Positions 11,501 to 19,906 of a stretch of 20,000 nt of DNA are shown here, in pieces. The notes beneath the pieces are model-generated. The model had not been told where the DNA came from and did no database searches. It saw nothing but the letters and a program-made list of their open reading frames with translations. Numbering within the stretch: the first letter of the stretch is position 1; each line of letters begins with the position of its first letter. The translations under genes were made by a program, and so were the position numbers. The DNA is from Chrysochromulina tobinii. Its lineage: Eukaryota. The stretch spans positions 45,593-65,592 of the forward strand of contig JWZX01003073.1 in NCBI GenBank assembly GCA_001275005.1. Reading direction: 5' to 3'.

Positions 11501-12322
11501 GCGACAGCTCTGCACTCGTACCAGCGACGCCATGACTCCAAACAGCTCTGCGAGCTGCTCAAGAGCTACAACCGCATCGCGAGTTCGACGACGAGCCGCA
11601 CGCTCATTTTGATCGACGTGACCTGTTCGATAGACTCGTTGATCGAGAAAACCAAGGCGTGCATCGGCGAGTTCTTCGATCGCTGCCAGAAGGTCTTGGA
11701 TGAGGAGGGTATCGTCTCAGGCTTCGAGCTACAGCTTGCTGGGTTCTCAAACTACAACGTTCGAATGGAGGAAATCCTCGAGGCATCTACGTGGGAGCTG
11801 AAGCCGCACAATTTATCGCTGTTCCTGAATTCGCTCCACGTTCGCGGCGGTTGGGGTGAGGAGGCGATCGAAGTCGGCTTGATGCATGCTCTGTCAGAGC
11901 ACCAAAAGCGTCCCATCGACCAGATTATCATCATCGGTGACGCTCCTGCCAATTCACTCTCTGATATTGATCTTAAGCGTGGTGGCGACGGGAAATCCTA
12001 CGGCCGTGACTACTGGGACGCGCAGAGGCCTCCCTGGGCTCCATCTGGGATCCCCAAGAGAGATGCGGCTGGGATGCTGCAAGAGATCCAAGCTGTGAAA
12101 CCAGTGCCTCTTCACTGCTACTGGATGGCCGGCAGAGCCAAAGATAGCTTCAATGCGATCGCAGCGTTGACTGGCGGTGGTACTTCGCAGAAGCTTGACG
12201 TCAACTCAAAAGAGGGCGCACAGCTGCTGACCGATGCTGTTTGCAAGCAGATCCTAACGTCGCTCGGAGGGGCGGCGCTCGCGGACGCCTACGAGCGGAT
12301 GAAACCGTCTTTTAGCCGCTAG
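2536..12322 (+). CDS. Giant multidomain protein, about 3,201 aa: OTU-like (degenerate) + P-loop GTPase + long helical region + SecA-like SF2 ATPase + vWA; join(2536..3539,3623..3845,3944..12322)
   Basis: ORFs 2431..3588, 3660..4004 and 3911..12322 join in frame through two GT-AG introns (9,606 nt = 3,202 codons). GTPase: G1 GLTGVGKS, G2 SET, G3 DTPGFGDT. SecA-like motifs: PTGEGKS, NLSSRD, IRYGT, IDEVD, GVTGT, VLVFF, ATRVFGRGVDF, GGLHV, QIMGRSGRQGEKGS. vWA: LIDVTCS (MIDAS DxTxS), GGWGEEAIEVGL, IIGDAP. The start is taken as the first in-frame ATG (2536) and is less certain than the rest of the model. Confidence 0.88.
3540..3622 (+). other. Spliceosomal intron 1 of giant gene (83 nt)
   Basis: GTATGC donor, CTGAC branch-like motif at 3591-3595, TGCAG acceptor. 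Splicing restores the frame GNQMYLFDNG...SETK between G1 and G2. Confidence 0.85.
3846..3943 (+). other. Spliceosomal intron 2 of giant gene (98 nt)
   Basis: AAG|GTGCTG donor, CTCAC at 3916-3920, pyrimidine-rich tract and CGCAG acceptor. Joins SIAK to VTCMCSSLRV in the frame of the long ORF. Confidence 0.82.
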
Positions 12323-13149
12323 TCGGGTTGTAGCACATGCATGAATCGACACAAAACTCGTTGGAGCCGAAGGGGCTGGGAGTGGAGCCGAGCGAGGATG
12401 AGCGGAGAGAGCGAAGAGGTGTGCGTCGCCGTGCCGCTTGGCTGTTCCATGTGCAGTGGTGTGGGCTGGGGAAGTCATATCTTATGGAGGCACAAGGGCA
12501 AGGAAGCACGGCAGAACCTGCTGAGGTGCCGAAGGAAGCTGCTGGAGTGCCGACTCGAGAGGGACCACGGAGATGCAGACACGCAACAGGAGGAGCACCG
12601 TGGCGCTGAACACCGTCTGTCCTGCATCTAAGGTACATGCATGGGGCGGGGTGGGGTTATGAAACGGCGATGAGCAGCGCCGGGGTTAGGGACACACAAC
12701 GTTCGAGCACAACGTGCGTACTCCGGAGCCCGTAGCCGGTGTGGGGGTGAGCAGTGCTGGTCGGTGGCTGGGTGGGGTGCGGTGAAGAGGCGAGCGAGGT
12801 CCTCGCACCGCACTCCACAGCGGGGGCAGAGCCAGCAGCCACGCACCAGCGTGTTTCTACGCACAGCATGTGGACCGCCTGTGTGGGACTGAGATGTGAG
12901 TATGATGAAAACTGTCGGACAACACGAGGCAGCGCACGTATAAGCGAAGATTACGAACGAAAGTACAAAGTTAAAACCCGAGCGAACCCCGCCGCATTCT
13001 CGCACCAGCCGTATAAACTATAATCTCTCAGATGGTAAGCAATCAGAAAGGCATCGCTCGCATCTGAGGGGAAATAACAAATATCGCCCGAACCGCGCAC
13101 GCAGAAGCCCAAAGCGGCTCGTCTTCACTAATCGAATCGTGTGTAGTCA

Positions 13150-15932
13150 CTATGCTAGCTTCAGCAACCAGAGAACAACCACGTGGGACTCGTCGTAGAT
13201 GCAGAATTCGTCGTACAGCGTGTTCCTATGAGCAGTGGAAGGCCCAGCATGCTGTGCACCACTCAGATTGAAGCGGCAGATGAACATAAAGTTGCCATTG
13301 GTGCCGCCCTTGCAGTATCCCTTCGACTTGTTTGGATCAGGTGCACCGTACAGTCCCTTGCCAAGCATGCCCGGGGCCGCATACCGGAGCAGAAGCCCCT
13401 CGTGCTCGATATTGGCGGCCGCTTCTTGCGAGCACCCGTGGAAGAGCAGCGTGTCGCACCCGCCATATCCCTTCGCATGCTGGTATGCCTGCAGCGGGTC
13501 GATGTTGAACGTTGAGCTCTTCTTGAACGCACGCAGCGCAGTCTCTTTCTGCACCATCACCGCGCTCGCCACGCGAAGATGCCCGTTTGAGCGCCGCTGC
13601 CGAGCATCAAAGAAAGCTCTGATTGCTTGCTCCGACACGCAGTTCTCAGCGAGCTCTAGCCAAAGCACCACGCCTGGCGCGCTTTGCTTCCGCCTCGCCT
13701 CTTCGTCCCGCAGCTGCTTGAGTCGCGCGTCCTGAGTTGCCAGGTTCTGTGAAAGCTGCAAGAGTTCACCTTCCGCCCTGCGCTTCTGGTCTTGAAGCTG
13801 ACTAGCACTCTCAGCCGCCTCTCGAATACCACGCTCCGCCTCCGCAGTGCGCTGCAGCAGTGCCGCCTTGGCCGCGCCGAGCCGCTGATGTTCCTGCGCC
13901 ACTGCTGCCTCCGCATGCTTGACAACGGCCTCCTGCTTGTCAAGCAGTCTCTGGCGTTCCGCTGCTTCCCAACGATGCTGACGCTGGAGCCGCTCCTGTT
14001 CCGCCAGAGCCTGGCGCTCGGCGCCCGTGTCCAGAAACGGATGCCGCAATGCCTCCGCCGCGCTCATCCGCCGCTGCAGAGCATCAGCCAGGTTGGTGGC
14101 CGGCGGTCGGTCGAGGTCAAGAAGGCCGTCTAGAAAGGAGGGCAGATGATCGCCACCCTTCGAAGAGGCAGAAGCAGTTGACCAGCGCTGAAGTTGCTCG
14201 GTTGGAGGCGGGCTGAAAGTAAAGTCTCCTTCGTCGCAGCACATCAGGAGCGAGCAGACTCCGAAGGCGTACATGTCAGTTGCGGCCGTAGGCTGTGCGC
14301 ATGCTTCGCTCGAGCGCATCTCGGGTGCAATGTACTTGGCTGTGACGACGCCGAAGGTCGAGCTGGCCACACTAGCGACCCAAAGGCTGGTAGCGCAAGG
14401 AGCTTGCTCGCGCACACCCTCAAAATCAGCCAAGTGAGCCGTCTCCTGAGATGAGATGAGCACATTCTCGAGCTTGAGATCTCCGTGCGCATAGCCGTGC
14501 GTGTGAAGATGATCGAGTGCCTGTGCGAGCTGCATGAGCACGCGCCGCCGCTTCCAGAGCTCGGGCGCTAAGCGCGCACGCCACGAAGCGGCATCACCGT
14601 TCGCGTAAAATGGCAGCTGAACGTACGCGACAGGCATCGGTGTCGGTGGGTTCTTGGGTTGAAAGACTGCCTCGACTTGTACGATGTGAGGATGCTGTAG
14701 CTTACGCAGAGCCTCCACCTCGGCGACCAGACGCTTCCACTCCCTACCAGCGGCATCCAGCTCATACTCCTTGAGCACGCACGCAGTCGAACGGCCATGC
14801 GAATCGGTTCCGAACTCGGCACTAAAGATGCGATGGCGCGAGCTCCGATGATCAGCAATCACTTGCAGTTCTGAATACTGATCGAGCTCACGCTCTACAA
14901 GAAGACTTTGGATAGCCGCTCCGTCGATGGCACCGAGGCGAAGCAGCTGTTCCTGTGCGAGGAGCTCAGGAAAGTGCGTGGCCATACGCCAGATGCGCAT
15001 GCGTTCGTGACGCAGCTTGGCTTCCGCCTGCTGCAGCTCGCGCCTGGCCTGGGCGGTAGCTTCCGCTGCTCCGGGAGGTGGCCGTCGCTTTTTCTCAGCG
15101 TGGCTGGCTTCGTGTAGATCGTCCGCAGCCTTTTCCCACTCGGCATGGAGCGTATGGAGCAGCGCTGTGTTCGGGAGCTGGCCGCTGAGGTATGCTTGAA
15201 GGTCGGCAAGCTCATCACGCAAGCTCGGAAGCCGCTGCAAGTAACCCCCGACGGACGGAAGCAGCGAGCCCTGCAGGGCCTCAAGTCGTTGCTGCTGCAC
15301 GGGCGTTTGGGCAGTTGCCGGGTCGAGTAGATGTGCGGTCTCATCCTGCAGGAGCTGGTAGCGCTCCCCGTGGTCTTCACCGACACGAACGGCTCGTGAT
15401 AGCTGCTCGACGTGAGCTTGTCTGGCTGAGTCACGACTCCTGACAAGCTCGAGTGTCGGAGAGGTGCCGTTGACGGCGGCACCCCGGATGAGCTCCTGGA
15501 GTTGCCGCAGCTGACTGCGGCTAGCTTCAACTTCCTCAAGGATGCGCCTCAGAGCATCGGCGATCGTGATGTCTTGCACAGCCATGCCAGCAACTTCAAA
15601 GAGCTCAACGGCGAGGATGCGCTCATAATAGGTGCTGCCATCGTACAAGAGAGCGCTTAAGGCCGCTTCACTATTGGCGAATTGGAGAAGCCCAGTCGAC
15701 CTATGGACAGAAGCGTTGAGTCAGGACACGATCTATGGATGCAGTAGGGATGTGAGCTCGCATACCCATCTATCCTCACGTCCAATACATCGCCATGGCA
15801 TTGGAAAATCCTGCGCGAGGTGAGCATTCTGTTCAAAATGCGAGAGCTCATGTCTGCTGGAGGTGGCACGCACCTTTTCAAGTGGCTGGAGTTCAGGCCA
15901 TCCACATTTCGGACGCGCACGACTGTCGTCAT
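13150..15932 (-). CDS. RRM + coiled coil + Ser/Thr kinase (STK31-like) + coiled coil + PARP catalytic-like domain, 884 aa; complement(join(13150..15700,15766..15810,15874..15932))
   Basis: The spliced N-terminus MTTVVRVRNVDGLNSSHLKRIFQCHGDVLDVRIDGSTGLLQFANSEAALSALLYDGSTYYERILAVEL has RRM beta-alpha-beta-beta-alpha-beta spacing. Kinase: VLKEY, EVEALRKLQHPHIV, HGDLKLENVL, ADFEG, YIAPE, DMYAFG, HPF. PARP: LLFHGC (H 13438-13440), GKGLYGA (Y 13348-13350), SKGY, MFICR, DEFCIY (E 13207-13209). The ORF-track start at 15648 is a TTG and not the true start. Confidence 0.88.
15701..15765 (-). other. Intron 2 of RRM-kinase-PARP gene (65 nt)
   Basis: Minus-strand GG|GTATGC donor, CTGAC branch-like motif, CCATAG acceptor. 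Shifts the frame from ORF 15657..15932 into the kinase ORF frame. Confidence 0.82.
15811..15873 (-). other. Intron 1 of RRM-kinase-PARP gene (63 nt, in-frame, no stop)
   Basis: Minus-strand AG|GTGCGT donor, CTCAC branch-like motif, CGCAG acceptor. Removal restores RRM helix 1 (HLKRIFQCHG). Confidence 0.75.
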
Positions 15933-16151
15933 CGACCACGATCGAGTCCGACGGAATGCGATGCTCGGGGCGGGGCGTACTGTGCTTTCCCTAGCGAGCG
16001 AGCTCCATGATCGCGCTTCGCGTGAGCGTGAAGAGCCGCCGTGAATTCAAAGAAGGGCCTTATCTCCACTTTTTCTTTTTGCCGAAATTTCCAGGCGGGG
16101 TGTGCGGACAAGTCCTATTCACAGATTCCTCGCGTCCCGAGAAATCTTCGA
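15933..16151. promoter_or_regulatory. Short head-to-head intergenic region, probable bidirectional promoter
   Basis: 219 bp between divergent ATGs at 15932 (-) and 16152 (+), with a T-rich tract near 16070-16080. Confidence 0.45.
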
Positions 16152-16847
16152 ATGCTGCGAGGCGAGGACAAGGCGCTGGCCGCCGCCGCACTGGTCGGCG
16201 TCGTGCTCTTGCTATGGCGGTACTCACGCCGCGCAGGATCGCAGCAACAACCCGTGCGACAGCTCGCTGGCAATGTAATTGCATTGTACAAACCGTATAA
16301 TACGCTGTGCTCTTTCGTCGATGAGGCCGGCGCGCGCGGCCGCACAACGCTCCTCACACTGAATCTCCCTGCGGGCCTCGTTAACGTTGGGCGTCTCGAC
16401 CGCGACAGCGAAGGACTACTCTTGCTCACCGACGATGGCGTTCTGTGCAACCGCGTGCTGCAAGGCGGTGTTTCTAAACGGTACCACGTCCTTGTAGCAG
16501 GCACTCCGAGTGACGCTGCACTTGCTGCCATGGGAGCGGGCGGATTATGCATCCGTGGCCGGGCAACGCGCCCGTGCCGCATCCGCCGACTCGAGTATAC
16601 GTCGACCGAAGCAGGGCTGCCCGGGACTAGCCACGTCGCATCCTGCAATCCGAGCAATTCGACGTGGCTGGAGTTCACGCTCGAGGAAGGCATGAATCGG
16701 CAAATCCGAAGGACGACGTTGCATTCAGGGCATCGGACATTGCGCCTCGTGAGGATGGGCGTGGGCACGTTGCAAGCGGAGCGGCTCGCGCTGCAGCCCG
16801 GTGAGTGGATGTACGTTGAGCCGCACGATATTCTGCCCGACACATAG
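16152..16847 (+). CDS. Pseudouridine synthase, RsuA/RluB/E/F family (RluE-like), 231 aa, with N-terminal hydrophobic segment
   Basis: LYKPYNTLCSF, VGRLDRDSEGLLLLTDDG (catalytic Asp at 16398-16400), SKRYHVLV, TWLEFTLEEGMNRQIRR, TLRLVRMGVG. No S4 domain, as in RluE. First in-frame ATG is 16152. Confidence 0.92.
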   Translation: MLRGEDKALAAAALVGVVLLLWRYSRRAGSQQQPVRQLAGNVIALYKPYNTLCSFVDEAGARGRTTLLTLNLPAGLVNVGRLDRDSEGLLLLTDDGVLCNRVLQGGVSKRYHVLVAGTPSDAALAAMGAGGLCIRGRATRPCRIRRLEYTSTEAGLPGTSHVASCNPSNSTWLEFTLEEGMNRQIRRTTLHSGHRTLRLVRMGVGTLQAERLALQPGEWMYVEPHDILPDT

Positions 16848-16906
16848 CAGGATACATTGGCGAAGTGGCGTACACAGTATCCGAAAGTACGAGTGTAGCG
16901 GGGGCG

Positions 16907-17003
16907 TATGAGATGGACATACATAAACAACAGTCAACCCTGCGGAAGACTTGACTTGACTTCCCCGCGGGTTTGGACCTGTGTTTTGACTTGACTTGGC
17001 TTG
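16907..17003 (+). repeat. Dispersed repeat copy A followed by (GACTT)n pentamer runs
   Basis: Core ATAAACAACAGTCAACCCTGCGGAAG (16923-16948) matches 18885-18910 at 23/26. Followed by (GACTT)3 at 16948-16962 and TTGACTTGACTTGGCTTG at 16986-17003. Confidence 0.75.
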
Positions 17004-17016
17004 TGAAAATCGATCG

Positions 17017-17669
17017 ATGTCGCACACTTCAGTCCTGCTCGTGGCGGAGCTTCACGACGCGCTGAAGCACGCGCTCGCTGAGCAGAGCACCGCGCACGCA
17101 CAGCAGCAGGCGATCTTGAAGCAGCTGGCGGACGTTCGGGCGAAAGAGCAAGCTGCACTCCACTCAGCGCAGAACATCCTCTCATCCTTGAAATGCATGC
17201 GCATGACGCTCTCTGCTTTGCAGGCGACGCAGATTGGAGTCACCGTCAGCAAGCTCCGAAAGTCTGACGCAGTGGCTGTCGCCAGCATAAGTGCTGAACT
17301 CATCAAGTCGTGGAAGGCGATCGCAGAGTGTGGAGGCCGTGGAATGGAGGGCGACGGAGTGGTGGACAGGAGCGGCAAGTCACCCACGAAAGCAGCAGCC
17401 AGCAGCAGCAGCAGCAGCGCCGCCGCATGCAGCGATGAGGAACGGACGGTTGGCTCGGTCGCCAGGCTGCAGGACCGTTATGCCAAGCTCGAAGAGCAGA
17501 AGAACAGCCGCAAAAGTGAGCCCAGAGAGCCTTTCCCTGGATCTTCTTGCCTTCTTGCCGAGGTGCTGTGCTGACGTGCGACCCTCTTACCAATGTTCCC
17601 CTCGTCCTCACAGTCCATGCACTCGACGACAGGGAGGCGGGGGTGCTCCAGAAGAAGATAAGGAGGTGA
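17017..17669 (+). CDS. TFIIS N-terminal (Med26) domain protein, plant MED26-like, 184 aa; join(17017..17515,17614..17669)
   Basis: LSSLKCMRMTLSALQATQIGVTVSKLRK...SAELIKSWKAIA is the TFIIS-N/LW signature. The C-terminal RLQDRYAKLEEQKNSRKI resembles the conserved tail of plant MED26-like proteins. A 98-nt intron at 17516..17613 (GTGAG...CTGAC...CACAG) completes the tail. Confidence 0.8.
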
Positions 17670-18084
17670 TCGATGAGAGTCGAGGGAAATCGAAGCAGCG
17701 ACGACGGACCGTGGGTCGCCCCAACCGGATACCCTGGCCCAAACCCCTGCACATGTGTCTCCCTCGTCCCCCTGGCACAAACATCACCCCGGGACCGCCG
17801 ACGGAACGGAAAAGCCCCTTTTGCCCCAAATGCCACTTTTGTTTTGTTCAACATAAAGCTGATATGACCTAACGCTAACCCGCTGATCCTAACCAGGCGA
17901 GATGGGGGCGCGCAGCACTTGCACACACACACATGGCGAGAGGTCCGTGGACGACACGCCCGGACACACGACATGCGCGGGAACCGCCCCAAATGGTACA
18001 GAGGACGCCATGCAGAGAGAACGTGCCGGTCCGCCTGGCGGCAGCTTATCGAACGGATGCGACACGTGCAAGGGTTTCGGCCAC

Positions 18085-18552
18085 TCAACCAGGGTTGCTG
18101 CTCGGCCCGGCCTGTTTTTTGGTGAACTCCTTCACCATCTTGCCCTGCTTTGCAGCGTCGACGATGGCAGCGGCGGCTTGCTGCGCTTTGAGCTTGTCGC
18201 GCACAGCTTTGGAGGCGTTTTTATTCGAGGCGAGCGTGGCCGCCTGGTTGTGGTGCGTCTGAACGGCCTCGACCTTCACACAGAAGATCGGCTCATACTT
18301 CTCCATCGGGAAGCACTCGCAAGGCTCTCGCCTGCATGTGCAGTGCTTCGTGGCCCAATGGGTTTTCATGACCGTCATCGAAGTGATCTTGATGCCTACA
18401 CAGCCCGGTTCCAAGCACTCCTTGGTAAGATTGGCTTTCGCATCGCGCTCCTTGATCCCATCCTTTCCGCCGCCTACCGACGTGTTCGCCGCCTTGTCCT
18501 TCGCCGCCAGCTCCGCAGCTGTGTGCTTCTTCGGCTTCGCCTTGCCACCCAT
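18085..18552 (-). CDS. MBS1 (methylene blue sensitivity)-like small C2H2 zinc-finger protein, 155 aa
   Basis: MGGKAKPKKHTAAELAAK...GGGKDGIKER matches the MBS1 N-terminus (GKAKPKKHTAKE...GGGKAG). Zinc finger C-x4-C...MKTHWATKH. An unrecognised 3' intron cannot be excluded. Confidence 0.85.
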   Translation of the reverse strand: MGGKAKPKKHTAAELAAKDKAANTSVGGGKDGIKERDAKANLTKECLEPGCVGIKITSMTVMKTHWATKHCTCRREPCECFPMEKYEPIFCVKVEAVQTHHNQAATLASNKNASKAVRDKLKAQQAAAAIVDAAKQGKMVKEFTKKQAGPSSNPG

Positions 18553-18847
18553 GATCAGCACGGATACTTTGACGTTGGTCGGATCGGAGGGATGGAACGT
18601 CAACTCCTTCTACGAACCCGTTGAAGCGAGAAAGAAGGCGCGTCGCCTTCAGGCCTTGCGGGCCCGCGGACTTGCCTTTTCACACCTACCGGTACCAGTT
18701 TCGTTACACTTTTTCGCGGCGTGTTAATTAGCAACTTCCGAGGCTGGGAGCCAGGGTACCGGGTTCCGGTAGAAAGACACCGGGGGGAGCCGGGACAGCG
18801 CGAATACTACGGTAATTCCTACAGAACTTTCCGCGTACAGTACGATC

Positions 18848-18910
18848 TACGAAATGGACGAGTCAAGTCAAGTCAAGTCTATAAATAAACAACAGACAAC
18901 CATACGGAAG
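18848..18910 (+). repeat. Dispersed repeat copy B containing (AGTCA)n
   Basis: TACGAAATGGAC, G, about 4 copies of AGTCA (18861-18879), TATAA, then core ATAAACAACAGACAACCATACGGAAG (18885-18910). Confidence 0.75.
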
Positions 18911-19906
18911 CCTATCGAATGTGCTCCGGAAGCCAGCAGGGGAGGACGGGAGTGGGCGGAGATGACGGAGGGGGTCCATCTAGAGGTGACACGTGCTCAT
19001 AAGTGCTGACATACGTGCCCTCGGAGAAGAAGTAGGTGAGAAGTAACGGGCCGATCTTGAGCCGATGAGCGCCGATGAGCGCCACTCTTACGCCGAAGAG
19101 GAAATCGGCTCGAGATCGACCGTGGCGTCAGGCATAAGATGGGGGGATTGGGGGAGAGAAAGAGGGAGAGACATACACATAGGCGCCTCGACCGAGGAGC
19201 TCGAGGCCGGTCGACGACGCGTCACGCTCGTCGAGATGACCAGCGTGGGAGAGAAGGCCCGTACTGCAGCACAATGAAGGCGCAGGACTGGAACCTCCTC
19301 ATTCACGCCGTTCAGAGCTCAACTCCCGCTCGCCTCGCCTGCCGCCAGTGGACGATCAGCTCCCGTCATCGCCTGCTGCTGCCGATGACCAGCGCACTTC
19401 CGATTGCCCTGCAGGCACCTCCCTCTGCTGCTCCCGCCACTCGTCTGCCTCTCGCGCCGCAGTCAACGACACACCTGTATGTCGCGAGCGCGCGCATGCG
19501 TGAGATATGGAGGTGTGTGGCGCGCACCGCAGAAACGGCAAACGCCCTCGACCACTCTTGCCGCAGCCGTCTCAGCCGCCTTTGTTGCCTGGCCAAAATC
19601 GATTGACGTGCCCTTGTCAGGCCCAAAACGCCAAAACTCGTCGAAGAAAGGCCGCGCGTGCTCGACGCGCGGCGCCGGCGGTCGCCAGGCCCTACCGACA
19701 CCTTGGCCCGTCGGAACAGCCATCGCACATGCCCCCGATCGCTCCCATCGTCGGCCTGGAGCCGTGTTGCGTTGCCGTACTGGTAGACTTCCTGAAAAAG
19801 GCACGATGTTAAAGCCCCGCGGCGCCGCGAAGATCAAGAACAAGAAGATGGGGATGATGCCCCGACTCGGGGCTATCCAGTGGTGCCGGTTGCGCCGGGG
19901 TGACGT

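Noticed and set aside
13027..13068. Inverted repeat CTCAGATG...CATCTGAG as terminator or mini-element
   Set aside because: Only 8 bp arms around a 26-nt spacer, in a eukaryotic context, and plausible by chance.
12323..13149. Short ORFs between the two convergent genes
   Set aside because: No recognisable motifs; more likely 3' UTRs and intergenic DNA.
17868..17894. Telomere-like CCTAAC/GCTAAC units (also GGGTTAGGG near 12683)
   Set aside because: Only two or three degenerate units; too short to call an interstitial telomeric repeat.
16115..18624. Long opposite-strand ORFs 16115..16930 (-), 17303..18088 (-) and 17902..18624 (+)
   Set aside because: They overlap well-supported genes in antisense and carry no recognisable motifs.
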